Shown piece by piece: positions 22,990 to 35,861 of a stretch of DNA of 64,000 bases; position 1 is the first letter of the stretch; the number at the start of each line of letters is the position of its first letter. The stretch covers positions 17,362,183 through 17,426,182 of the forward strand of contig NC_068994.1 in NCBI RefSeq assembly GCF_001194135.2, read 5' to 3'. The notes under the pieces were generated by a model, which searched no databases, was not told the DNA's origin, and saw only the letters and a program-made list of their open reading frames with translations. Source of the DNA: Octopus bimaculoides (Eukaryota). The translations under genes and the position numbers were made by a program.

Positions 22990-23580
22990 AACTCCTGACC
23001 TTATGCAGTAATATACATCTGGAAGATCCTGGAAGGAATTTTGGCATTGAAAGCTACACCAATGCCAGAATGGGACGACACTGCATAGTGCCAAACATCC
23101 CAGCAATGCCATCGCGCTTCAGGACCAGTTGCTGCAACAGTTTGGGTTTCAGGGGCCCACAGCTTTTTAATATTCTCCCAAAGAGCCTGAGGAACCTGCA
23201 CAAAGTAAGGCGGCGAGCTGGCAGAAGCGTTAGCATAACGGGCGAAATGCTTAGCGGTATTTCGTCTGCCGTTACGTTCTGAGTTCAAATTCCGCTGAGG
23301 TCGACTTTGCCTTTCATCCTTTCGGGGTCGATAAATTAAGTACCAGTTACGCACTGGGTCGATGTAATCGACTTAACCCCTTTGTTTGTCCTCTCTATGT
23401 TTAGCCCCTTGTGGGCAATAAAGAAATTGAACCTGCACAAAGTAGATGTAGGGGGGTTTTTAAATCAAAGCTGGACCTCTTCCTGTCGAGAGTCCCAGAT
23501 GAACCTACCTCACGGCAAGAGGTGCAAATGAGGGTTGCTAAATCAAACTCCATTCTTCACCAAGTGCCACATATTGTAGG
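22990..23580 (+). mobile_element. CR1/L2-type LINE 3' ORF2 fragment split by a SINE
   Basis: IYIWKILEG..NFGI...NARMGRHC.VP...NSLGFRGPQLFNILPKSLRNLHKV [SINE] D.GVFKSKLDLFLSRVPDEP...SNS. Confidence 0.8.
23208..23428 (+). mobile_element. Young tRNA-derived SINE, family C (head GGCGGCGAGCTGGCAGAA), with a perfect 16-bp TSD
   Basis: GAACCTGCACAAAGTA at 23192-23207 and 23429-23444; CpGs intact. Other copies at about 7066-7490 (two), 12610-12800, 14190-14405, 23705-24150 (two), 37850-38040, 38941-39415 (two), 45650-45760, 58625-59105 (two) and 60830-61015. Confidence 0.95.
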
Positions 23581-24574
23581 AGGCTCCCTGTAATAACAGT
23601 GTAGCAAAACGGCGGTGCATCAGCATGGCCGTAGCTCTGAGCTGAAACTATAAAAAAAAAAAAAATTTTGTCAATGTTAATAATAATAATAACAATAATA
23701 ATTCTTTCTACTATTGGCACATGGCCTGAAATTTTGTGGGAGGGGGCTAGTTGATTACATGGACCTCAGTGCTCGTCTGGTACTTACTTTATCAACTCTG
23801 AAAGAATGAAAGGCAAAGCTGACCTCAGCAGAATTTGAACTCAGAACATAAAGATGAAGTGCTGCTAAGCATTTTACCTGGTATGCTAACAATTCTACAA
23901 GCAGACCACCTTAATAGTAATAATGGTTTAAAGTTTTGGCCCAAGACCAGCAACTTCAGGGAGGGGTTAAGTTGATTAAATCAACCCCAGTATTCAACTG
24001 GTACTTATTTTATTGACACCAAAAGGATGAAAGACAAAATCGACTTCAGCAGTATTTTAACTCAGAATGTCAAGATGGATGAGATAGCACTAAGCGTTTT
24101 ACCTGGTATGCTAATGAGTCTATCAGTTCTTTTATTTGGCACCAGGTTGAAGAATGAGGGGTACAATACAAAGATAGACATAAAGTGCGGAGGTTTACAT
24201 ATAATGAAATGGTAAAAAAAAAATATATATATATTGGTGCAGTTGTGTGGTAAGAAACTTGCTTCCCAACCACATGGTTATGGGTTCTGTCCCACTGCAC
24301 GGCACCTTTGGTGAGTATCTTCTATTGTCTCAGGCCAACCAAAACCTTGTGAGTGGATTTGGTAGATGGAAACTGGAAGAAGCTTGTGTTTGTCCCCCAC
24401 CACCACTTGACAATGGTTTTTGATGTGTTTATGTCCCAGTAACTTAGTGGTTCAACAAGAGACCAAAAGAGTAAGTACAAGGCTTCAAAATTAAATACTG
24501 GGGTTGATTCGTTCAACTAAAATTCTTCAAGGCTGTTCCCCCATGACTGCAGTCTAATGACTGAAAAATGTAAA

Positions 24575-24915
24575 GGATATACGTCTGTCGTAAAAGGATA
24601 GAAGGTGGGGGAAGGATGATACAGGAGGACCTCCAGGGATAATCGAGGAACCCAACTGTCCAAGCTCTCTTTGAACACAAAGAGCGGTACCATCCACTCC
24701 TGCCATTTTTGCAACCTTCACCCATCTTTCAATAAATTCACTAGAGGACAGCACATGCCTCTCCATCGTCACTATCGTTTTCTAGTGAAACTTGAAAAAG
24801 TCGATGAGGGGGCTCAACGAGAGAGGAATATCTCTGCTCTCGTGCCTTTTAGCCTCGTCCACCAGACGACCTCTTTCGCCACAGCCACCAGGCGAAGGAA
24901 AACTGCCTTACCTGG
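24575..24915 (-). mobile_element. Tx1/L1-type LINE 3' fragment
   Basis: GKAVFLRLVAVAKEVVWWTRLKG...FFKFH*...ERHVLSSSEFIERWVKVAKMAGV resembles a Tx1-clade ORF2 C-terminus. Confidence 0.65.
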
Positions 24916-25194
24916 CCGATTGTAGGAGGGCGGCGGGGTAATCATTACTAATAATATACGTATATGTATATTTATGAATATTAATATACATATATTTGTG
25001 TGTGTGTGTGTATGTATATATACATATGCAGGCGAAGGTAAAGGATATGCATACCACCCGTTTTGGGCGTTTATAGTTAGAATGACACCGAAAACGGGTG
25101 GTGTGCGTATTCTTGTCCTCTGCCCATATGTGTGTGTGTGTGTGTGTGTATATGAGTGTAAGTTTATGTCTATGTGCATTCATATATATACGTA

Positions 25195-25235
<41 letters not shown>

Positions 25236-25346
25236 TATGTATTTATGTATGCATGTTTACATATATACACTAGCATGTAGTTATATGTATATTGATATAT
25301 ATGTAATTATTTTGCGTGTGTGTGTATACATATATACATCTATCTA

Positions 25347-25417
<71 letters not shown>

Positions 25418-27355
25418 TCCGTCACTTGACCTAACAATTTTCAGAAAATATTTTGGGGTTTGGTTCAAAGTTTGGTTGCTTGAATCTTTTGACTGCGGAA
25501 CATAAGAAGCGTGTTCGCTCACAAATTAATATATATTATTCTAACAATTCAAATGTTCGTAATTTCCAATGACGGAGCAGTTTCAGTTGATATAACTGTG
25601 TTAAAAATAACGATAGAAAAAACACCGCAATGTCAAGGTTGTGTAGCCCCGATCAAATAGACATCTGATTAATTATGAGCCAACGACGGAACTCTTCTAT
25701 CCTGGTATCGAACCATGTAGCACAGTAAGGGATGTCAGTTCTACGAGCCGATGGGTTTCTGCTCAATTTTTATTATTATTATTTTTTTTTTAATACAAAT
25801 TCCACTTGCATGTTATTGTTCGTTCAACCCGTTAGAAACAGCAGCCTAATCTCTTAAAAAAGGATGGATATATCGGACAATGTAACCCTAGATATACAAA
25901 AAAGACGAGATGGTGATAGCTGGAATGACTCTGGTAATGTCTTGCTCGATCATAGCGAAGCTGGGGTTAAACAACCTAAGATAAAATCATTCTCGTAGTG
26001 GCCAGTCCCTCTTTTTACCAGGCATAAGTACACGCATGAATACATTATTCAATGTGTCTTTTTTTTAAGACTGGGAGGGTCTAATTTGAGAGATTTGGCT
26101 GCTATTTCTAACAGGTTTCCGTTAGTTCTTTTAGCCACTGGTCAACTCTGATCGAGCAAGCCTATGATCCGATGGGTTCTAGTTAAGACCATCTCATTTT
26201 TTTTGGTATATCTAGGACGTCATTGCCCAATGTGTCCCTTCCCTTTTTTTTTTTTTTTAAGATGTTAGGGGGTGTGGCTGCTATTTCTAGCAGTCAAGCA
26301 AACTGCGTCAGGATTCCTCCTTTTGGTTCGCAATGTCATGGTGAATGCACAATGTGAAACTGAGTTGCTTGCCAATACGGAAAATAAGTTAATATTTTGT
26401 GAATGGAAGAATTGTATTAGTTCAAGTATAAAAATAGTACTAAAAATTGTAATTTAATCCGTCAACTGTTCTTCATGGTCTCGTTTTAAAGTTTCCCTTC
26501 CGTTTCTCGAATACCGCAGAAACAACCGCTTGAAATCTTAAGTGGACACCACACACATATGTATGTGTATGCGACTGTGTGTGTGTATGTGTGTGTAAAT
26601 ATATACACTCACTTTATTCGTATTAGCGTATCATTAGTATCATTTCAGAATTAAAAAAAACAACAACTGTTTCCATTATGTACAAGAATCTTAATGAATA
26701 GTAGTGATACACAATCTAATTACTGGTACATACGCTATCAGTCGTTTATTACTCAGACGAGACTATCTCGTTAGCAGCGACGTATTTATTATATATTAGC
26801 TGATATTGACTGCAATAATGCAAAAACAATTCCTCAATGGATGGTGGTAGTTGAGTGTAGGGGAGCAAAGACGAGGGCTATAGAAATTGAATTGAACCTA
26901 GTGTATTACTGGTACGCATTTTATCGATCGATCGCGTGAGGATAAAGAGCATATTTGCTAGCCTGCAACTGTAGATTCTACTATGGTAATTAAATAATGT
27001 GGTAGAAGGCTGTTCGACTTTGTAAAGCGAGGATATGCATCCAGAATCTTATAACATTGCGTTAGTATGTTTAACATAGAACAGACCATCTGATGATAAG
27101 TAACATCACAAGATAATATTGCATTCAGTCACTCAGGTAGTGCTGCTATTTAATATTCGCAGATTCTTATTTATTTATTTATTTATTTATTTACCCTATA
27201 ATTATTATTTTTTGGTTTCATTACGGTTTTGTTGTAATTATATAAATATTATGAGGAAATATTATTTTTTATTCCGGTGTTTTGAACTAGTAGCGCGTAG
27301 AATCGCATTATTACAATAGACCAATGAGATTCTCGGTTTGGGTTATTCTGCTGAA

Positions 27356-27618
27356 ATGTTATGCCAAATTTATTCTGCTATTGCTATTATTATTTTTATT
27401 ATTATGGAACTTGGAGTCAGTTGCATGTCTGATGATCAAAAATCGCTTGAGCTGTTCGGTAGAGGAGAGGCCGTCGAAGACATCGCCTCTCCTTTGTTGG
27501 CCTACCAAATGGCAGATATCTTCAACGACAGACGACTCAGTGACATTTTCAAGGACTGTGATGGTTTGGTACAGGTTCTCGAAGCAGGAGAACCGGGCAG
27601 CATCAGTTTTGTTATCAG
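27356..27618 (+). CDS. Exon 1 of a putative small secreted precursor protein (signal peptide MLCQIYSAIAIIIFIIMELGVSC)
   Basis: Coding-like codon pattern (GAC ATC GCC ... TTC AAC GAC), hydrophobic N-terminus, phase-2 donor AG|gtatat. Confidence 0.72.
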
Positions 27619-27791
27619 GTATATAGCTATATGCATCAGCACCTACATACTTACGCACACACACACAAACAAAAAACACAAACACAAACACATTTAATAA
27701 ATGTGTGTATATATATATATATACAAATGGCGGTGCCCCAGCATGGCCACAGCTCATGAGCTGAAACTAGATAAAATGAAAATGAAAATGA

Positions 27792-27844
<53 letters not shown>

Positions 27845-28033
27845 CATATACATACATACATATATGTGTGTGTGTTTATATGTACTTAACTGTGTATTTG
27901 TATGAGTATGTAGTTTTGTATATGTACATATTTGTGCATGTGTATGTATATGTGTACATATATGTATATATATTTATATATACACATATATTTATGAGAG
28001 AAAGAGAGATACATTTATCTGTGTAAATGTATC

Positions 28034-28064
<31 letters not shown>

Positions 28065-28238
28065 CCATACACACACACACATTTACAGATATACACATGT
28101 AAATGTGTGTGTATTTTTATATGCATTTGTATATATGTACGTTGTGTGTGTGTATGTGTGTGTGTATCTATCTGCACAAATCATGGCTTCATCTGATTTT
28201 TTGATAGATATTATTTTTTTATCTTGTTGGGTTTCTAG

Positions 28239-28293
28239 CAACTGTACTCACCAAGCAAAACCTGATGAGGGGAGCCAGCTTGATCGTCGTTGA
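28239..28293 (+). CDS. Exon 2 (terminal) of the putative secreted precursor: (S)NCTHQAKPDEGSQLDRR*
   Basis: Acceptor ttattttttttatcttgttgggtttctag. Phase 2 matches exon 1 and supplies the second Cys of the mature region. Total 105 aa. Confidence 0.6.
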
Positions 28294-28567
28294 CCTGACC
28301 ATGCAACAGGTTGTACTAGACTACGTTACGAGTGTCAAACATGAGTGACCCAATGTTTATGTTTATAAACACATATGTATGTGCATACACACATACACCA
28401 AGTGCTTATGAATATATGTACATATATATGCGTGTGTATTTATATATATAAGCATGTATGTATATGTACATATCTATGTATATAATATATGCATATACTG
28501 TATCTATCTACACACACACACATATATGTATTACATATATGTGTCTAGTCTTTATAAAAATATATGA

Positions 28568-28605
<38 letters not shown>

Positions 28606-28927
28606 NNNNNNNNNNNNNNNNNNNNNNNNNNNNNNNNNNNNNNNNNNNNNNNNNNNNNNNNNNNNNNNNNNNNNNNNNNNNNNNNNNNNNNNNNNNNNNN
28701 NNNNNNNNNNNNNNNNNNNNNNNNNNNNNNNNNNNNNNNNNNNNNNNNNNNNNNNNNNNNNNNNNNNNNNNNNNNNNNNNNNNNNNNNNNNNNNNNNNNN
28801 NNNNNNNNNNNNNNNNNNNNNNNNNNNNNNNNNNNNNNNNNNNNNNNNNNNNNNNNNNNNNNNNNNNNNNNNNNNNNNNNNNNNNNNNNNNNNNNNNNNN
28901 NNNNNNNNNNNNNNNNNNNNNNNNNNN

Positions 28928-28966
<39 letters not shown>

Positions 28967-29929
28967 CATCGTTTAACGTCCATCTTTCATCCATGTATGG
29001 GTAGGACGGCTGACTGGAGCCAGCCAGGTAAAAAAAAAACTACCCCAAACCATTGTGTCTGTTTTGGCAGGGTTTTTACGGCTGGATGCCCCTCCTAACA
29101 CCAACAACTCCGCAGCATGGACTCATTGGTTTTTATGTAGCACTAGCACAGGCGAGGTTAGTTTTAGCATGAGTTTTACAACTGAATGACCTTCCAAACG
29201 TCAACCACATTACAGTGTGGACTGGATGCTTTTAACATGGCACCAGCACTGACAGGGTAACCAAGTAACTCGCAAAACAAGGAATTATGAGAGAAGCAGG
29301 GGCATTTGAGGAGGGTAACACTTGTCAGAGGACAAAAGGCTAGAGTGTGACAAAGAGACAGTGAGACAGAAGCAGTTGTCTTGCCACAACAGAGGGGACA
29401 TTAGAGGAGGTGCTCCAGTATTAGATGATGAAATGTTAGAATGTGACAGAGAAATAGAAAGGCAGAGATGGGTGTCTTGCTATAGAGGAGGTACATCGTT
29501 ACCCAAGGAGAGAGAGAGAGGCCAGAAACCTTATAAAGTAATTTTCTTATTCTTTGAATTCCATAATTGAAATGATAGGTAGTACACTAATACTCCTAAT
29601 TGTTGTTTCCTTACACATTATTTATAACAATTATACCAATAATAATTCCATTTTAGGTACACACGTCTTTCTATTACAAGCATGTTTGTCTATCACCTAT
29701 AATGTATTTGTTTTTATATTAACATCCTGCCTTTATATTTCTTTACCAAATAAACATGTATACATTTATATATATTTATAAAGATTAAACACATATGTGT
29801 ATATATATATATATATGCACGTGTGTATACATATGTGTGTGTGTAGATAGATAGATATAGTATATGCATATATATGTATATGTACATATATATGCATGTT
29901 TATCTGGTACATGTGTATATGAGTCTGCA

Positions 29930-31330
29930 GTTGAGCTATTTCTCTCAATGTCCCCATTTTGTAACACTCAGGTTGTCTCTTTTGCAAAATTATAGAAAGC
30001 CTTTGGGTTAATCTTTATATTTTCTATAGCTCTAGTTTTTCTTTGTGCCCCTTTGTTTTCACAAGGGAGTGCATATTTCTTTTTGATCTGGGAGTGTTCA
30101 TTTTAAATGGGGCTCCTCACTATCTTCAACTTTGTGATTTGAGATGTTTAATGTTCATCTCCAATGGACTTTCTATCTTTGGGATATTTTTGTGTATATT
30201 CGCCCTTCACTTTGGAACAAATATGTTACATTATGATTTGCATTATTGACATAAATTTTGTTTTATGTCATTTTGCATAGAGAGACTTCCAGGTGAATTC
30301 TATTTGAAGTTTTCTATTTGGATTGATTTTTAACAAACCTTATGAATGTTAAGGCAAGATCATACATTTCTTGTAGGGTACATATCTATGGTTTGGGCCA
30401 TAGATTGAAGTTGATCTGAGAAAATCATCAGCTCACTTTGACTTTTTGGATGAATGCTATGTTATTTGTGAAGTAGAGATCTAAAATGTTTTTGCCCCTG
30501 GTTGAGTGGCGTATACATTGTTCCATAAACAGTGTAATTGAAAATTCAAATAGATATTTCTACTTACCTTTGTTCATGTAGTGACATTCCAAAGAGAGTG
30601 TGATCTACAAACCATTTGGCAATCTGGAAGTTGTTTAAGAGACAGGTATATTGTAGGCACAGGTGTGGCAGTGTGGTAAGAAGTTTGTTTCCCAACTTCA
30701 TGATTCTTGGTTCAATTCCTTGGGCATCTTCTGTTACAGCCTTGCTAGAGGATTTGGCAGGTGGAAACTGAAAGAAGCCCTTTGTGTGTGTGTGTGTTAC
30801 CATCTTCATTGTATGATAATTATAAACGAATGTCATTAGCAAGTAGTGTCCTTCATTCTCAATTTTCCACAAAAAGCATGTCTGGTTATGGGGTAATATT
30901 ACCTTATTTGGAAACAGGTATGGGTTGGTAACAGGAAGAGCATCCAGCCATGGAAAATCCACCTCTACAAAATTCTATCTGATCCATTCAGGCATGAAAA
31001 AGTGGGTATTAAGATGATAATAATGGTTCAATGTGTTGGTATGTGTCTGGTTATTAAACCTTCTGTCTTTCTCAGGCTATGTTCAAATTTACCAGCATGA
31101 TTTGAAGTAGCCAATAAATAGTATATTGTATATATAATTACATTGGATTGCTTAATATATACTATTGGTGTATGACAAATTGAGTTTTTTAGTTTGTATG
31201 TGCCAGCAACACCAAGAGAATGACATCTTCACAGAAGTACATGGTAACTCTGCCATGATATTTTCCCTTTCAATACAGAATATAACATGCTTTGGTATGT
31301 GCATCTCTGTGTCTGCTATGTTTATTAATT
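29930..31330 (-). mobile_element. Decayed CR1-type LINE (endonuclease region) interrupted by a SINE at about 30657-31018
   Basis: EQCIRHSTRGKNILDLYFTNN and IKINPKAFYNFAK motifs. Confidence 0.75.
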
Positions 31331-31599
31331 AGATGTGTTTCTGTGGTTGCTAAGCATATTGCTTGATTGCATGCAGCAAGATCTCACTTGTATGAGATCT
31401 TACATCTGTTACTGATTTGTAATAGAATTCTACTATTCAGCTGTAATTTGGGAAAATGATAAGTGGCAGCCTTGTGTATTGATGAGCATGACATTGATTC
31501 TGTATCTGCTGCAGATAAGGTACCTATCATATGATCTTTTGCACAATATTTTTAAAAAGTAAGCTCGGCCAAATAGACTAATGACATAGAAGATTGCAC

Positions 31600-33505
31600 T
31601 CTGAAGAAGCTTCAAAGAAATTGTGAACACAACATGCAATGAGGTGACTGAAAATATGAAGCAACAGCACAAGAAATGTATATATGCACAAAAACTGAGA
31701 AAGATTGGGACCAGAAACCTGAAAAAAAAGCCATGGTCAATACAAGGCAAATAAGATGTGTCAAAATCACTATCCAAGAAGCATACTCCAAGGAAGTCAA
31801 GGACAGCATCTGAGTAGAAAAGTACAGGTACATTGGTGACCTGGTAGACAAAGTGGCCATGGCATGTGGTTTTATTACACCATGAGAAAGGTGAATGGTA
31901 AACTCCAGAGAAACAACTGCCCTTTTTGTGACAAAGAAGTTAACATCATTGCTGATGTGGACCTGCAGCTGAACAAATGCGCAGAATTCTTCAGCCACCA
32001 AACCAGGCAGAAATCTGAAAAATAAAATGCCCCTCAAGAACAATTAAATAACAGAACCAGATATCTCTAAAGAACCTTTCAACCCTAAGACCACAGTGCA
32101 GCTGCTCCAATTAATCTTTTAAATCTGGATCAAGGAGGAATTCCCTACTAACTGAAAAGAGGATTCAGATATAATCTCAACTGTATTGGCTGTGGTCACA
32201 TTACACTTTCAAGAGCCAAACTTCTCATCCATGAAAGGTTACATATCAGGAAAACAACATGGGATGCTTATAATGCAAACAGCTCTAATGGCATCAAAAG
32301 AGCACTGCTATCTTTATGTCTAAATGAACACTGGACTGAAAATTCATTTTGGATGAATGCATAAAGGCAGAGCTACTATTGGTGGCATTCTTGATCAGAT
32401 GATGTGGTATATGTTTTTTAACAAACACTTAGGGTTAATTTGTCATCTGAAGGGCTATGGTAGAAATTTATCAAACCTGCTACAGGAAAAAATATATATA
32501 TATGCATATGTGCATGATGAGCTTCTTTCAGTTTCCATCTACCAGATCCACTCACAAGGATTTGGTTGGCCTGAGGCCATAGTAGAAGACACTTGCCCAA
32601 GGTGCCACACAGTGGGTTAGAACCCAGAACCATGTAGTTGGGAAGCAAGGTTCTTACTACACAGCCATACTCACAGCTACATTAACTCATTTCGATGTCA
32701 TTCATCAGCAGCTATGCACTACCTTTGACTGTCCTCAAACACATTGCTTTTATAGTTGTATTTTTCCTTCCTGTCTATCACAAGAGTCATAAGCACTCTC
32801 ATGCATGCATATACACACAACATAATTTCTGCCTACCAAATTCATTCAGAAGGCTTTACATCATCTTTTTACATTCACCTTCCATGATATAAACATACAA
32901 TTATCATATATATGTATACATATGTGTGTGTCTATTTATTGTTGACAAAAAGGAATTCATATATATTTTTGTGCCCTGAACTTTTTGCCAGCTGCCTTCA
33001 GAATGCTCAGACCCATTTGATGATTACAGATCATTTGGAGATCACAAACAAAACTCAGGATTTTTAACATGAATATGAAGATATTTCTGCTGTATGTATG
33101 TGAAACCTGGTGCATCACAAAGTTCTCCATCAACAAACTGCAAACATTTGTGAATGAATGTCTGTGGGACATCTTTTGGATGAGGAGTTAAGACAGGCTC
33201 ACGATGCTATTCTGGGTGCAAATGAACCAACGACCTATCAAGACCAAGATCAAGAGGGGGGAATACGGGAGCTGGCTCACATTCTACAGAGCCCAGTTTC
33301 TAGCATTATAAGGCAAACCCTTCAATGAGCATCCCCAAGGGAGATGGAGGCATGGAATTCTGAAAACAACATGCAGAAGGACCACAGAGACTGAAGCTCT
33401 TACTATACATGGGGAAAACTGCAATCTATTGCCAAATATTGAGACAGGTGGAAATTTCTTTTCCCTGTTCTCTACTCCATATGGAGACAAAGGAACTAAG
33501 GAAGA
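31600..33505 (+). mobile_element. Decayed RTE-clade LINE (RT and 3' end) interrupted by a SINE at about 32460-32672
   Basis: KLQTFVNECL...SIIRQTLQ*...GILKTTCRRTTETE...WGKLQSIAK.RDRW resembles the RTE C-terminus. Confidence 0.7.
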
Positions 33506-33546
33506 ACATATATATGTATATATATGTATTTATGTGTGTGTATGTA

Positions 33547-33616
<70 letters not shown>

Positions 33617-33789
33617 TAATATGTATACATAGCAGCAGACATCCATTTTCTATACTGGTATGGGCTGGACGGTTTGACAGGAACTGGCCAGCTGAAGAGC
33701 TGCCCAGGCTCTGTTTTGGCATGGTTTCTGCAGCTGGATGTCCTTCCTAACACCAACCACTTTACAGAGCATATTGGGTATTTTTATGC

Positions 33790-33965
33790 AGGACCATCTG
33801 TCACATGTAAAGACTATTTTCTGTTAGCCTTCCAGTGATACTGCTGTACCTCTTATGTGTCCATAGCTTGCACTGGTTACACCTTATGGCGTTTCTCCCA
33901 ACACCTTTTCTACATATCAAGCATCTGTGATTTCTCTGTTTTCTTACTTATCAATACTTTGGTCA
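33790..33965 (-). mobile_element. RTE fragment (Cys-rich region)
   Basis: Degenerate TKVL.SK...C.ICRKGVGRN.IRC.QCKLWTHKR. Confidence 0.6.
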
Positions 33966-34309
33966 TATATATACATACATATATATGTGTGTGTGTGTAT
34001 ACATATATGTATATACATATATATCACATGACTGACCAGGCTATCAGGTGTTGTTACACATAGCTAGTCACAATGTACTTTTGCATAGTTTTAGCCTTCA
34101 AATGGTGCCACCCTGATCGCTAGGTGAGCAGGCTAACATTCCTCCCTGATCAAAAGTGGACTGCAGCAATGTGAAATGAGCTGTTTTGTTGAAGAACACA
34201 ATGTGCCGCCCAGTCAAGGAATCAAACTCATGATCTAGTGATCATGAGTGCAACAGCCTAACCACTTGGCACACTTTCACTATATATATAATATAATATA
34301 ATGCATGTG

Positions 34310-34695
34310 TGGAGGCGCGATGGCCCAGTGGTTAGGGCAGCGGACTCGCGGTCATAGGATTGCGGTTTTGACTCCCAGACCGGGCGTTGTGAGTGTTTAT
34401 TGAGCGAAACCACCTAAAGCTCCACGAGGCTCTGGCAGGGGATGGTGGCAAACCCTGCTGTACTCTTTCACCACAACCTTCTCTCACTCTTACTTCCTGT
34501 TTCTGTTGTACCTGTAATTCAAAGGGTCAGCCTTGTCACACTGTGTCACGCTGAATATCCCCGAGAACTACGTTAAGGGCACACATGTCTGTGGAGTGCT
34601 CAGCCACTTGCACGTTAATTTCACGAGCAGGCTGTTCTGTTGATCGGATCAACTGGAACCCTCAACGTCCTAAGCGACGGAGTGCCAACAACAAC
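34310..34695 (+). mobile_element. Full-length tRNA-derived SINE, family D (head GGAGGCGCGATGGCCCAGTGGTTAGGGCAGCGG, (CAA)n tail)
   Basis: tRNA-like head. A 5'-truncated second copy lies at about 10822-11155. Confidence 0.88.
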
Positions 34696-35290
34696 AATAT
34701 AATGCACATATTGTCACTCTCTTATGACATTATCCATCTGTATTTCCTCATCCTCAGTCCCTATTCTCTTTTATACTCACCTTCTTATATTTTGAGAGTA
34801 TGCACTGACACCTTATCACCAATGCCTTTAGCTTCTTTCTATCTACTCCCACCCACTCCTATTATAATGTGAGGGAGCTGTGTATCTCTTCAAAAGCGAG
34901 ACACTTGTGCCTGTTCTTGTATCATACTTTAATACCAATACTTTTCTTAAAGCCACCTCTACCTGAGGTTTCTTCTTTTTCTTCGTTTTGCAATTTAGTC
35001 GATATGACTTCACTGGTGTCACTGTCACAAAAAATGCACCCAGTGCACTTAGTGAAGTCACTGGCATTACGAAGGGCATTCCAGCCATAGAAACCATACC
35101 AAAGTAGATGTTGGTGCTTGACACATTCCTCTGACTTGTGGGATCATGACAAACAGTCAAACCCAAGCCAACATGAGAAACAGATATTAAATAATGATGA
35201 TGATGGTGATTATGATGTTTGTGTATGTAATTTTTACTTAGGTATATATACACATATATATTGTATATGTACATACTTATGTAATGAGTT

Positions 35291-35357
<67 letters not shown>

Positions 35358-35861
35358 TTGTGTATATATATGTGTATGTATATATGTGTGTATGTATATG
35401 TGTGTGTGTGTGTGTGTGTATATATATACATATATATATATATCATCATCAACGATGATGATGNNNNNNNNNNNNNNNNNNNNNNNNNNNNNNNNNNNNN
35501 NNNNNNNNNNNNNNNNNNNNNNNNNNNNNNNNNNNNNNNNNNNNNNNNNNNNNNNNNNNNNNNNNNNNNNNNNNNNNNNNNNATATATATCCATATGTAG
35601 ATATATATGCATATACAGGAGTTGGATGAAATATTGGAAATACCTTGCTATATGGAAGTTATATTATTTAAACCAGCCATATCTGGCCCAAACAGATGAG
35701 ATGGGTCAGATCCAGCCTCTCACACCTACCCTACAATGTCATCCTAAAAATATACAAACACACTATTGAAATCTTAAAGCTACAAGATATTGTGTGATTA
35801 ATTCAAAACAATGTGAATAAATAAGCGATACATTTGACAAAAATCTGAACACTAAAGGATT

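Noticed and set aside
27359-27757. 132-aa antisense ORF over the secreted-protein exon
   Set aside because: Starts in a SINE tail and microsatellite; typical antisense shadow of a coding exon.
27425-28275. CTGATGA motifs at about 27429 and 28262 (also about 7629, 27089, 46290 minus, 56363)
   Set aside because: No paired stem II followed by GAAA.
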